Assembly: GCA_030265395.1 (NCBI GenBank)
Contig: JARFYF010000029.1
Location: 19,364,596 to 19,428,595, forward strand
Origin: Rhina ancylostomus
Lineage: Eukaryota
DNA length: 64,000 bases
Reading direction: 5' to 3'
Shown here: one piece after another, positions 49,413-62,674 of the stretch
Position numbering within the stretch: the stretch's first letter is position 1
Layout of the letters: each line of letters starts with the position of its first letter
Notes under the pieces: model-generated
Told to the model about the DNA's origin: nothing
The model's input: the letters and a program-made list of their open reading frames with translations, nothing else
Databases searched by the model: none
Made by a program: the position numbers and the translations under genes

Positions 49413-50623
49413 TGCATGGTTAATTCTGGAGTCTTTGCACAGTAACTTTAGACCAGAAAAATACACAGTAGTAACATAAAGAGATACCCTCCACCATAAA
49501 AGAATCCCAAAATGGCAAATGACACCACTGGTATTGTGCATTCATAATACAGTAATGACCCTCATGTCAGACTGACAACTTAGGTTTTCACCCTGCCATT
49601 GTTTGTGCTAGGACCAGAAACACTTCTAATTTTTGGTATTACATCATACGATTAGGATTTATTCTCTAACTGGTACATCCAACAACCTATTGGAATAATG
49701 AAAGTAAAATGGCTATTCTATCCCAAGAGATATGGGTGCATGTAAGGAGTGACCAACTCGTAGTTGAAGGCCTCATTCACAATTCTATCTATACTTCAAT
49801 ATTAGCCTAGTGCCAGGCTGATCATCACACTGCACAGACCATTACTCACTATAGGGTTTTGGACTACTGCACAAGCACAATATTCAATTATGTTGTCCTG
49901 GCACCACTCAGGAAATTTGACCCCTTCCCAAAATGCCTGCGTCTTGGATTCTTCCATTAGAGATGCGGTGGGTTCCACATCTTTGCCTCTTTATGCCACA
50001 CCCCTACTCATTATTCATTAAAACTGCATGTCATGTCCTTGACCAGGAGGAATAAACCATGGCCTAGATTACGTGAATAGATTCCACACTATATCATACA
50101 CCCTCTGTATGAATGGCTTTTCCAAAGGCCAAAAAAGGAATACAGAAAAACGTGTACAATTGCTGAACTCAAACCAAAGTAACTCATTAGTCTGTTACAG
50201 AAAAAACTGAAATGAAGAGTGGATAACCATAGCAACACAATAGAAGAGAAATAATAGGAAGACACCATTGTCTGTCAAACAAAGAAGCCTCAATAAAATA
50301 TGCGAAATCCTTGGTGTTCTATTTTTCCAGACAAACTACACTTCAGCTCTGGCAGTGTGCCCAGCACTGGGAAAAATTTTAAACTCTCTTCCTGGCTTCT
50401 TCTTTTACTTATACGCCATTAACTAAATTAAACACACAAGGAGATCAGTTATTTTATGACTAAATTTGGTCAAGAAAATTCTCTTGACAATCACGTGCTG
50501 CATCAAACTGGGCAGATGGACTTTCTTCGGCTTAGCTTGTGTATGAAGCAGCCGTGACTTGAGCTATTCTTGCATGGTTAATTCTGGAATCTTTGCAAAG
50601 TAACTTCAGACCAGAAAAATACA
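49413..50623 (+). repeat. 53-bp direct repeat pair (49413-49465 and 50571-50623)
   Basis: TGCATGGTTAATTCTGGA[G/A]TCTTTGCA[C/A]AGTAACTT[T/C]AGACCAGAAAAATACA, 3 mismatches, offset 1158 bp. Confidence 0.9.
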
Positions 50624-50949
50624 TACATTTCAACAGTACTCTCAGTGAAGAATATTCAACAACTTATCCAGTATTCTTGCTAAAGAGAAAAAAAACAGAT
50701 TTTGTACTCTGTTAAAATTTCCACAGAAGCAGAACGCTCTGCTCCCTCTCTAATAGCAGTGACTTTCCAGTATTTCCAGAGAGACTTATTTAGATCTCCC
50801 TATGACAATGATGGACCATAGAAAACAAAAGAGGGAGTAAACCATTTGGTCCAGAGTCATCTCTGCCNNNNNNNNNNNNNNNNNNTGAACTTTTACTTCA
50901 GCTCAACTGCCATGTCCTCATAATTAACAGATTCTAAACATGTTCCCTA

Positions 50950-52270
50950 GCTGTCTAGGAGGCAGCTGATTTCAGCCAAAAGGAGCAACAGTGTTGGCAC
51001 TGGTAAGGGTAGGGATGGTGGGGAGAGGGGAGTTTGATGTGGAGCAAATAAGTTTGCCAAGACCCTCTGAATTATGTTGGGAGAAATGGCAAACTTCCCA
51101 TCCCCAAAACCCCTGCTAGAAGTGCACATTGACATGGGAATAGGAATGAGTGAAATACTTTTGCAGTTGAATAAAAACGTGCTCTCGTGGCTCACATGTA
51201 AAGACTCCATGCTAGTTGTGTGAAACCACCATCCTTCAGTAGAGGAAAAACTGGAAGCAAGATTGAGACCACTGCCAGCAGGTGTACATGAGATTGTGCC
51301 TAAACATGACAGAATAAAACTGGCACCACTTCCATGTAGGAAAGCAAAGAATTCCAGGTTCTGCACAAAGTCTTGTGAGTTTGCAGATGAACTCCAAGTT
51401 CCTTGGCATTACATGCAGGATGTGTGACAGCCCTGCCAGTGCACCAAGTATCTCATTGTACATACTTATCAGCCTTCTTCTCTAGAAAATACCATAAAAA
51501 TCCTCAGCCGAATCTTCAGTGGCAGAACTAATATGCAACTACTTGGGAGCTGATGCTTGGATCATCATGCTCCCTACCCCAGCTGCTGGTTACTCTCCTA
51601 ATGCAGACCCCACCTGCGTGATACAATACAGCATTCCCAATACCCAAGATGGTAATATGTTTCACTCTTCTGCTGGTTAAGTGGGAATTCTACACCATCT
51701 GTAAAGAGAAAGGCACAAAAGGCTGATGGTGAAAAGTGGGGCCAGTAAGCAGTGCATAGCCACATAATCTGCTTCTTGTACATGATGAGATTGTAGAATC
51801 GAGAGAAATTAAGAAAGGAGAATGGGGTCGAGTATACCATTATCATCTTCATTAGTCATTGCCCTGTTACTGGCAACAGATTTTGTGATCATCTGGCAAC
51901 ATCCTCCATTGAGTCACAGCTATTCCATGCTGTTGCTGCTGATTATGTAAGGGTGTGGGTGGCCACATCACTTAAGGCCCAAATGCTAATTGAGAAATTA
52001 TTGGAAGATAGTCAAGTAGAGCAGTTGGTGGACAATGGGATTTAATGATATATTTGCTGATCTTGCCCATGCATGCAAGGCCATTCCTCTTCTTGTATCC
52101 AAGTCAAAGGGATCCCCTACTAGTGTTCTCTTCCTTTTGTACTTCCCCCCACTGCTGCTGAACAATCTACTACCCAAGGAATCTCTTCAGCAATACGAGA
52201 GAGGGCCTCTCCACATTTCAACCAAGACCCCTCCACCTCGAATCTCAGCATTCATTTCCCAGGGCCATCC
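50950..52270 (-). mobile_element. Decayed Myb/SANT-type partner ORF of a Harbinger element (tentative)
   Basis: QQWGK and PLTWIQ remnants near 52100-52170; LHNQQQQ near 51940; SSATEDSAEDFYG..RRRLISMYNEILGALAGL at 51428-51530. Assignment rests on recalled similarity to elasmobranch Myb/SANT repeat ORFs. Confidence 0.5.
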
Positions 52271-54016
52271 CAACCTAGCACGTAGGACTTTTCCTATGAA
52301 ATATCTCAAGGTAAGATACATGCAAGAAATAACCATCTGTTATTACATGAACAAACATAGCACTATTTTGTATCCAGAAAGATCCCACACAAAAAAATGA
52401 TGCATTTAATAAGTTTTTACTGGTAGTGGGAAAGGATTATTAACTACAATATCAAAAGAGTTATGCTTTTTTAAGAAATCATTAGATCATTGCTACCTCT
52501 GTGTTCATGTTGAACACCTGATCAGAAATGCATCAAAGTCAGTTTGGAGCTGTTTTGTCCAATAGGAATTGATGAGCATTCACGGGCATGGTCTGGATAA
52601 TAACATTCGAACAATAAGCACTAACTTCACATACTGTCAGAAAAGATTTCAATTTTGAATCTATGGTTGCAGATGCAGTTACCCAGGTAACCCCCAGTGC
52701 TGGGGTGGAAGCAAGGAGGGCACCAAGTACATGCTGATAACTTGGTTGGGCATGACTCTCCTGCACCCCCCATTTCCACTTCCCAGCCAACTTTTTGTTT
52801 TAAATAAAACTTTTTTGACGGAGGCCTCTGCAGTCCCTTTGAGTAATGCTAGTTTGGTTGAATATAGTTTATTTCCCCTGAGAACAGTTGGGCTGGATCC
52901 AGCTGCATTCAGGGAAGCTCAATTTTGCAATGGGATCTTCAAACAGTTGTTGCCCTGCCCACCCCAACCATCCCATTGGAAAGGTCACTGGGGCAATCCG
53001 CTTGGAACATCCTGAGCATGCATTTTCCACCCAGCAAATCCATATTTTCATCTGAGAGAACAAATGTAGAACGCTGGCATTTTGAGTAATCATCTTCTAG
53101 CTAAATACAGAATAGGGAGTAGAGTCTGGAGCCAATAACCTTATCTCATTCAACAGGATCACTGTGCTATGACATCACTGGGAACAACTCTATAATCATT
53201 CCTCAGTCTCAACCAAAAAGGGTGAAAGGAAAAGTGCAGAGTTATAAAAGATCACATACCCTACAGCAGCCCTGGACAAAGCCAGAGTGCAGCAATAGCT
53301 ATTCTGGTGCAAGTGAGGAACTTCGACATTTCTGCCCCAAAATTTAATACAGCACTGAGCCAGTGACACCCCTTTAGATTGCAAGCATATGTTGCAATCA
53401 TATTCAGATCACTCTTAAAAGAAAAAACATCTGTACATAGTAGGTCAGAGAGAGAAAGGTGCATCGAAAATTTCATCAGAACAGTTCCAATGAAGTCAAT
53501 TAAAGTGTTAACTACATTATTTTCTTCCTTCAATCAATGCTTAACATGTTTTTATCTGAGATTTCTACCATTTGTTATTTCCTTGTTCTCATTTTCTTTT
53601 TCTTCACCAAATTTGATCAACAGCTCAGTGTAGTTTTCATCACCTAAATAATTGGTGGCACTTCAGCTCTTTATATTGGAGGATTAGCAGAGCACGTGAC
53701 AAAAACTCAGTGAAAACTTTGACACGCCAAAAGGGGCAAATAAAAGGTTAATCTTAAAGTTCGTGATTGCAGTGAAGACATTTCAGATGTTACAAGGGGG
53801 AATCAGGATGTGGCTAAGGAGAATCTTGAGAGATGAGAAATTCCTGCCCCACAACAAGTTTAGGAATGCACACTTCTCCAGCTGATTAACTTTCTTGCTA
53901 TTAGTTAGGCAGTCTCACTCCCTAGGGGATGATGTAAATGCATGAAGTAACTCAAGCAGGCCTCAAAATTACTCTCAAGGAGTTTGGCTAAAGGCCAGAC
54001 CCATAGAAATGCAGCT

Positions 54017-54072
54017 GGAGAGAGGGGGAAAGGGACAGGGAAAGAGAGAGGAAGAGAGAGAGAGAGAGAGAA
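54017..54072. repeat. GA-rich polypurine tract with (GA)n microsatellite
   Basis: GGAGAGAGGGGGAAAGGGACAGGGAAAGAGAGAGGAAGAGAGAGAGAGAGAGAGAA. Confidence 0.85.
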
Positions 54073-56421
54073 CCAGGATTCTTGTCTGTAGTATGTAAAT
54101 CTTGAGGGAGCAGGCCAGTAAATCCGTGTGTAGTCAGAGTCTCCAGTGCTAAACATTGCCAGAAATAACCCATTGTCCGCTGGAACAAAAGCAAAATCTC
54201 TCACGTGAGCCAAAAGAGGCCATCTGGCTACGCTGCATGAAAATCAGCATTAAAAAAATGTGACCCGTAGGATATCATTATTTGTGCTAGAAAGAGACAG
54301 GCACAGGAAAGAAACAGAGGACAATGCCCTGTGTGTGAGGTTAGGTTTACATGCTGTAGTGATTTAAAAAGGTAGGGAAGTTAACTCCTGCAGACCTAAA
54401 CACTTCACCACATACAACTGAAGAATCCAAAACTGATGTTACAGAAATTTTTGCAGCAGATTGATATGCAGACCTGTACCAACAGCTCATGACATAATTA
54501 AATCCATGAGGGCCAAGTTCTTCTCTTGCTGTTAAAGTTTCTAGAAATCTGCAAATACCACTGCTTGGTCAGATTTTCTGCCTTGCAGAAGTCTGCAACA
54601 TTTTAATGTCACGACGAGTACTCGCTTAGGGAGTGGGAACAAAGATAGACTCGACAATATGACCCCAGTTATATAATAAACATCTGTCGGGACTGGGCCG
54701 AGTCACAATTCTAGAACCAAGCACTTGTTAAAACTGTACGTTTCACTTTAACCAAACTACAGCAATTCCTCAGGTGTACATTCTAATTATCTATTTGCAT
54801 TTTAGTGCCTGGGTGCCTTGGTGGACAAAATTCAGCACAATAACCAACTTCACATCTACCTGCTGCTGTTGAACCAGGTAACAGGAAGATTTAGGATATT
54901 CTAGTGAGGAAGAAGCTTTGCTCACAATCACATTTGATTCCCTGTAGCACCAAGTTGTACTTGGGTGAAGTGCCAACAGAAAGTGCAAAATATGCTCAAA
55001 ATACCCAGCAAATCTCTCATCTGTCAAGCTCCCTGTAATATTTATCACTTTCATTAAACAAAGGTTATATGATAAGTTCACCAACGCCCACCCCCACCCC
55101 CGTCATCTTTCAGTGCAACTATCTTCCTTAACCCTGTAATTCAGACCAAGAAAGCTTCACTTCCCACTGTTGAGCAAACTGTTAGATTTCCACGTGGTTT
55201 GTATTTACTTGGCCTCTCAATCCATCAGCATATCCAACCTTCAATGCCCAACTGCCTCCCTCCCACACCCCCCTTCCCTCCACCCTTCTCACCACTCCCA
55301 CTGCTGGCAACTTCACCTCCAATCCAACCCAGTTTAGTTCTGGAACTGATCCAAAAAGGGACTGGCTACACAAACACTACAAATAATAAACAAGTCATCA
55401 ACCTATGCAACACGAATAGCCCAATGTGTGACTCAGTCATGGTCCGTGTAATTGGGAGTTCTGAAACTCTTTCCCTGTATCTATTACACTCAATAAATCT
55501 TGCATTTAGGGAGAGTAGGATGGAAGATAAAGCAGTTATGTAAGTAACTTCCATCTACATATTCAGGTTCATTTTATCTGCTTTGGTAGACAGTCAGTTA
55601 GTGTTGCATAGAATGGAGATTTGTCTGCTGGCACTAGTGCAAAGTCAACAGTTTCTGAACCAAGATTCAAGATGTGGTTTTATGAGTTCTGAATTATCAG
55701 AAATCACCAGAGGTCTGGGTGGTTACTTCCAGAAAAATAAACATCTTCCACCCTTGGCACGTGGTGCCAATATGAAACACTCCTGTGTTGGTTGAAGGGT
55801 TACAATCACTTTACACTTATAGGTTCAGAACTGCAATAGTGAGAGATGCAAGGCGAGAGGTTCGTCTGGAGACAAGAGACTGCAGATGCTGAAATCTGGA
55901 GCTACAAACCAGCAGGTCAAGCAGCAGCTGTGGAGGGAAAGGAATTGTCAACGTTTCAAGTTGAAACTCTGAATCAGGACTGCATCAGATTTGTCTGCAC
56001 TATCTTGTGGCTGTACAAGGGCACAGTATGTCTTCCTAGTACATTTTAAAGGACTAAAAGATTGTGGTGTTGCACAGCCTAATTTTCAAGGGTCGTTGGT
56101 CTCCCCCCATGTAATGGAAATGAGATGCACTTGGACAAGCAGACATCATAGCGTTGCGATAAGTTCACTTATCATCACATTCTTCATGATTCAGCTCACC
56201 ATGTCAAGGGAATACAACTATATTCCTGAATCTTATATCAACACATATCTTTATGTACATACCTCATAGATGGTCGTGGGCAATTTCAGCCTTCATTGAA
56301 AACTTTTCCCTTGGAAACATGTCCAGTATTCAATATTTGCAAAAAGGGGCTGCAGTATATTGCAAGTTCTCATTGCAATTATTAGACATGCTTGATGATT
56401 AGCTATAACTTGCATTTATTT

Positions 56422-56831
56422 TGTCCATCGAGTCTAGGCCAGCTCTCAGAATAATCCCATTTCCCCCTTATTTCCCTGCAACCTACTGTCTTGCACATGC
56501 CCATTAACAACCCCTCCAATTCTACTGCCAATCTACAACACTACGGTTAATTTACAGTAGCCAATTTACCCAACAACCAGCATGTCTTTGGAAGGAAATC
56601 AAAGCACAAGCATGCAAGTGGGACCGCATGGCACAAGTGACCACAAAAGAAGGTATATGGGATTAGTGTAAATGGGCAAAGTCAGCATGGACAATGGTGG
56701 CCTGAATGACCCATTTCTATGCTAAAACCCTATGGTCTCCAAGAGAACCTGCAAACTGCACACAGACAGCAGTGGAGATCAGTTGTCAGAGCTGCAAGAC
56801 AGCTGCAACACCTGCAGCATTATTGGCTGTC
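56422..56831 (-). mobile_element. Degenerate HE1/V-SINE interrupted by a + strand CR1-type 3' tail (about 56615-56735)
   Basis: GCTGTCTGTGTGCAGTTTGCAGGTTCTC and CCAAAGACATGCTGG..TAAATTGGCTACTGTAAATT blocks on the minus strand. Confidence 0.6.
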
Positions 56832-57924
56832 CTCAAACAGGCAGAGAAGGGAGCCCTGTGCCACAGTTTGCCACCTGGGGTGCCCTCACAGCAACCCGTA
56901 GAACAGGAGATGTTGGCACTAGCTGCTGCATTGCATTGAGCTGGAGTCCCTGTTCCCACATGGTCAGATACCGACACTGCAATGGCAGAGACTAGATAAC
57001 ATCAGAGCTTTTCATGGGCAGAGACACTTGGTACTACTAGTCTGCAGTCTGGCAGGAGGGGAAGGGGGCCACAGTCTCGGCCTCACGGGTATTGAGTCCA
57101 GCTGGTGGCACTGACTCAGAGGAGCCCCAATATGGAGGAATTTAGGAGAAGGCTCTTGCACTCCAAGAGCCTAGAGCAGTGTGTGGCTCCATGAGGTGAG
57201 AAGCAGGGGATGGTGTCCATGTGTGGTGCAGAGCCAGGAGAACGTCACTTCCACTTGCACTTGCTAGTGATTCTGCCTGTTAGGTTAGGCAATGGCAATG
57301 CTTAGGAAACATGGCAGCTTTGGAGAAGATGGAAGTCCCAGTATGCACACTTTATGAAATTGGGCAGATAATGGCCTGTGCATCTGGGGTTGAGGCACAG
57401 TTCCAGCCCTCCAGAACTCTGCTAACCCTGAATCAGCAGCAGATTGTCTGGGGCAGTGAAAGACATGGGTGCTACCACAGGGCTCAGTCAGCCTTGATCC
57501 AGGTTTCATTCACTGGCCTTGGCAGATGTAGAGGCCACGATGACAATCTTTCAGTTTGGCAACCTCAAAATGAGGTGGACTCAATCCTGTTCCCCTAGAC
57601 TACATGCACACTAACTGGTACTTTGCAGTCTGGAAGAGGAGGCCCATCAAAGTCACAAGCATATCACGGGTATTCTGTATCGCAGAGCTGGGCAGCAGCC
57701 ACAGGACTGGAGGGTTAGGAAGAGAAAGGAGGACAATAAGCATGGTAGAGGGGTCTCCAAGGTTACATATACTGAGTAGATTTTGATTCATTGTTTCAAT
57801 AACTTTTCTTTACAACCACATGTTATTCTATTTAAGTTATCAATCCAGTTGTGCAACTTATACTGAGTTTAACCTAACCAACCATTGATTCTGCTCATTC
57901 TTTAATCTCTCTGCACCTTCCCCT

Positions 57925-58770
57925 TAGAGCCATAGAATTCTGCAGCACAGAAATGGGCCTTTCAGCCCAACCTGTCCATCCTTCTACGGTGCCTATCTAT
58001 GCTAATCCCATTTGCCCACATTAGGCCAGTACCCCTCCGCTCCTTTTCAGTCCAAATGTCTCTTGAACACTAATTATATCAGTCTCTCCACTTCCTCAGG
58101 TAGCTCATTCCATCTAACCACCGCCCTGTGTGTGAAAAACTTGCCTCTCAGATCTCCTTTAAAGTTCTCCCCTCTATGCCCCTCAATTTTATAAATCTCA
58201 ATAAGGTCAACTCTTAGTCTCCTACATTCCAGTGAGAATAAACCCAGTCTTTTAAGTAAAGCCCTCCAGTCCGGGCAACATCCTGGTGAATCCCTTCTGT
58301 GCTCTTTCTAATGCTGACACATCCTTCCTGTAGTGTGATGACCAGACTTGTACACAACACTCCAAGTGCTGCCTGACCAATGTTTTGTACGGCTGTAACA
58401 TGACATCCCAAATCCCTAAGAATGCAAGCAAGGCGAATGCCTTCTTTACTATCCTATCCAACTACATCACCATTTTCAGGGAACTATGGACTTGCATCCC
58501 AAGGTGCCTCTGTACACTAACACTCCTGGGATCCCTACCATTTACTCTATGTCCTGTTAGTATTTGACATCCTAAGATGCATTACATCACACTTGTCTGG
58601 ATTAATTTCCATCTGCCACCACTCTGCCCAACTGATCGATGTCCCTCTGTATCCTTTCACAACCTACTTCACTCTCTACTCCTCTGCCGATTTTTGTGTC
58701 TTCAGCAAACTTACTAATCAATCTACCTACATTCTCATGCAGGTCATTTATATACATGACCAACAACAAT
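57925..58770 (-). mobile_element. CR1 LINE ORF2 C-terminus plus 3' UTR
   Basis: ORF 58252-58461 [42 protein letters not shown]; upstream KFAEDTKIG. Confidence 0.9.
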
Positions 58771-59302
58771 CTAACCAAAGTGAGTCAGCCAAATAGCTTT
58801 GAGCATTTGTACAACTGTCACTTCAAAGCATAGGATAAGTGCCTCTGTAAATGGATCTAAGTTCCCCCTTTAATGCCACATGCAGCAATAGTGTGACTCC
58901 CATTCTTGAGATGCTAGTTCATTCCTCATGTAACCTTCACACCATCTTTCAAGAGAGGACAGTGAGGCTAGCTGCATTNNNNNNNNNNNNNNNNNNNNNN
59001 NNNNNNNNNNNNNNNNNNNNNNNNNNNNNNNNNNNNNNNNNNNNNNNNNNNNNNNNNNNNNNNNNNNNNNNNNNNNNNAGCTGCATTAGAGCAAGCTAGC
59101 GTAATGTCACCAGGCCACATGGGAACTACTCAAGCTACTTTATGTTGTCCGCTATCAGAGAATAATCATTGTTATTGTCATCTCCCTTACAGCATTCTGA
59201 TTTAATGATTCTCGTCCAGATGGTTCAAAGGTTTATTATACGGACTTACTATAGAGGCAGGGTTTCCTTTAAAATTGTATATTGCTAGAGTGGCTCCATA
59301 AA

Positions 59303-59805
59303 CTTTAGAAAGGGTGCAGTGGAGATTTACCAGGATGCTGCCTGGATTAGAGAACATGTTTTATGAGGAAAGGTTGAGCAAGCTGGGGCTCTCTCTTTGG
59401 AGTGTAAGAGGCTGAGAGGTAACTTAATAGAGGTGTATAAGACTATGAGAGGCATAGATAGAGTGAACAGCAAGGGCCTTTATCCTCAGGGCAGCAATGG
59501 CCAATACCAGAGGATATCAGTTTATGGTGAGTAGAGAAAAGTTTAGGGAGATGTCAGAGGTAGGTTTTTTTTTGGACACAGACAGTGATGGTGCCTGGAA
59601 TGCACTGCCTGGGTTGGTGGTAGAGGTTGATACAATAGCGACATTTAAGAGGCTCTCAGATAGGCACACAGATGTAAGAAAAACGGAGGGTTATGGACTG
59701 TGTCGGAAGGAAGGGTTAGATTAATCATGGAATAAGTTTATATAGGTCAGCATAACATTGTGGGCCAAAGGGCCCATACTGTGCTGTACTGTTCTATATT
59801 CAATG
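59303..59805 (+). mobile_element. 5'-truncated CR1 LINE
   Basis: [29 protein letters not shown] coding end and TACTGTGCTGTACTGTTCTAT tail. Confidence 0.88.
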
Positions 59806-60959
59806 TTTATAATGAGTAAAATGCTATTGACAAAGGCCAGTGATTGACCTCTGACATCAGATGCAAGTGTAGCTGCAAGTTGCCAATCATTATCCCTTGT
59901 TATGTTTGTTCTTCATCAAGAGACAAACTTCACGTGGGTTTAACATCTGAACATTTATTAACCAACACACACACCAGACTGGCTCGCTTTCCCTCTCTTT
60001 TTACAGCCACTGCCTGTTCCCCCATGCGACCCCTTGCATTGCCTACTGGGAACTGTAGTTCTTTATTATAACTACATAATAACACACATGTTGTTCAAAA
60101 CCTGTTGGCCATTCAAAAGTCATGTTGGGAGAAGGATCTCAATAAAAAGGTAGAGAGATGTGTATGACCCAAGAGCCTCATTCCGCAGCTCTATTGCTGT
60201 GCTTCTGTCACAAAGACATCATGGGATCAGTACGACCCAAGTGTGACTGACAAAGCATGATGTCAGATCTGTAATTATACAGATTGACATAATCAAATGG
60301 ATTACATCATTAGCGATCAGAGGGAGGGACAATGAATGCATTCCTTGATCAAGTGAAACAGTTGTATGCAGAGGCATCAGCTGCAAATTGTGCCCTTCTG
60401 ACTACTTTGTACTATTCTGATCTAAAAGTACACTTGACTACAAGAGTTCTTAAGTGGGTCAGGCAATGAGCATTTAAGGTTTGTAAGTGGAAGGAAGTCA
60501 TTAAGATATTCAGTCTCCAAAATTAATTCAAGGTGCAGGAGGTACTAGGCTTGAAAATCAAGTCAGTACATGGACAATGAGGAATAGAAAATATTTTTCC
60601 AAGTTTCACAATGACGACAACTGGATTTACTCAATTATCTGTTCATTTCTGAGCAAGTTCTGTTGCAATGTGTGGCTGAAACGGAGAATTAGGCGCTCAG
60701 CTGCTGTTTATGGGAGAGAATGTCTGTGTCTATTTTAAACCAGTAACAGCCTGGAAATCATTGTTAATTGCAGTATGGCTGCATTGTAAAAGCAAAATTA
60801 ATTGATTATAGCAACTATTGTTTTGATGATGTAGTGAACTAAGTCACTCTATAAATGTGTTAAAAGGAATTTTCAGAACGAGTGTGCAGGAAGTGTGCTT
60901 ATTACAAGGTTTGAAAGAATATTTCCAAGATTAAATACTGCCCCTGGCAAGTACAGAAA

Positions 60960-62000
60960 GATGTTATCTTCTAGCAAATCTAGCGTGGAGCTCCCATTGA
61001 TGAGGAAATACTGAGTGGTTTTGCACCTTCATCATGGTCCTGTTGCTGAAGCTCCCTGTATTCAGCCTGGTGTACATCTCCAGTCTGCTGCTCCACCTCT
61101 TCTTTTGCTTAACCTTGTCCGACAATAACCAGGTTTGTCTGATGGTCAGATTATGCAATGTAAAGAATGACAGCCTGGCTGCTGAACACTTGCAGAGCAC
61201 CACCAGAGGAAGGTTACTTTGAAAAGTCTTATTGTGAAGTCCACCAAGTTCCTGATAGTGACATGGTGATAATTGTTGAATTGTCCTCCTGGTGCACTTG
61301 AAGCTACAAATGGAGGATCAAGGGCTAGTCCTTATCCTCCAAAATACATCCTTCANNNNNNNNNNTCTCTGAAAGAGGAGGCCAGCTGCAACTGACCAAG
61401 AATGTGTTAGGTGAGCTACCAACAAACCCAGAATTGACAAAGATCCTCTCATCCCTTACTGCTAAGTGCACGTTGCAAGAACTTCATGTCTTTCTGTAAA
61501 TGGATAGTTGTGTGCTGAGAATGGGAGGGGTAGTGGCCACATCAGTGCACTCTACAGGAGCATACAGTTTGGTCAGCCTGCAGTGGCATCAAATGCCCAA
61601 CCCTAGTCTGTCTGCTTCTGTGAGCCAATGGAGAAATATATGAAGTCTGGTACTAATGCTAAGGAGTATCAACAATAGCCCAAAAGTAACAACAGGCAAC
61701 AAACCGTGACACGTGGCATACATTAGCTGCTGCAAGCTGGAATGATCTTGAACTGAGACCGAGAGGACTTTGACAGTGAGCTGGGACTTTCTGGTGGCTA
61801 TGGATGTGAGCGAGGACTTCAATGTGGAAACAAACTGTGTAGACACTGCTCCTCTGATGGCTTCCTGAAGTCTGGCAAATACAGTGTTGCCCCACTGTAT
61901 ACCTCCTACACTGGGGCCCCCATGGGTGTCTTTGTTTCTAGGAAGTGTTTGCTTGCTTAGGTCCTCCATGAAGGGAGTACTAGGTCTAGCCAAAAAGAGT
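60960..62000 (-). mobile_element. PIF/Harbinger transposase fossil, near full length, highly decayed
   Basis: LTVKVL; SSRSFQLAAANVCHVSRFVACC; VECTDVA (61535-61555); YRKT*SSCNVHL; VNSGFVGSSPNTFL; SGGALQ (61190-61207); LHNLTIRQ. Confidence 0.78.
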
Positions 62001-62674
62001 TGGCTTTGGTCACAGCAAAGTAGAGGAGACAAGAAAGAGTCAGTGTTCAGTGTGAGCAGAGTAAGGCACACACACGTAGAGTGATGCACAGCAGTCAGAC
62101 ATGCTGGTGTATGAGTGATGCAAATAACTCTTTAAACATTGAGAATTAATTGTTAATAATAGCAGATTCTTCAGTGTGTAAACAATGAGTGTTATTTTTC
62201 AGACTAATCTGGCTGAAAAATTGCTGATGATGAATTTGAGTGTTGCACAACTGTCAACATCATTTAGACAAGTTTGACAATGGAGAAACACTGTCAGTAA
62301 ACAAAATTTTCACCCAAAACTCAGAATATTATCGTAATGATTGGCATTAGATGCACAGAAAGATGAGTAAAATTGCTTCACTGTACATTAATGCAAATGT
62401 TCAGGCACACACTTTTGTTTGGCATTTTTCTTCTAGCCTACAGAACAAAGTTGCTTAGCATTTGCCCTCTTAGTGCCTCCAAGTGAATGATGGTATGCAG
62501 GTCCTGATCAAAGATCTCACTACACCACCCCCAAGGCATTTCTAGTCCAGGTGCAGCACGTCAGATAAGCAGCAAAGATCTTTGTTCAGATTTAAAGATG
62601 CATTCTGTAGATCCAAACCAATAACAACTCTATGCCCCTTCTCCAGTGTAATGTTCCAGCTAGTGTGCAGTTTA

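Noticed and set aside
55754-55770. TTGGCAC-GTG-GTGCCAA as an NFI site
   Set aside because: Spacing is 7 nt rather than the canonical TTGGC(N5)GCCAA.
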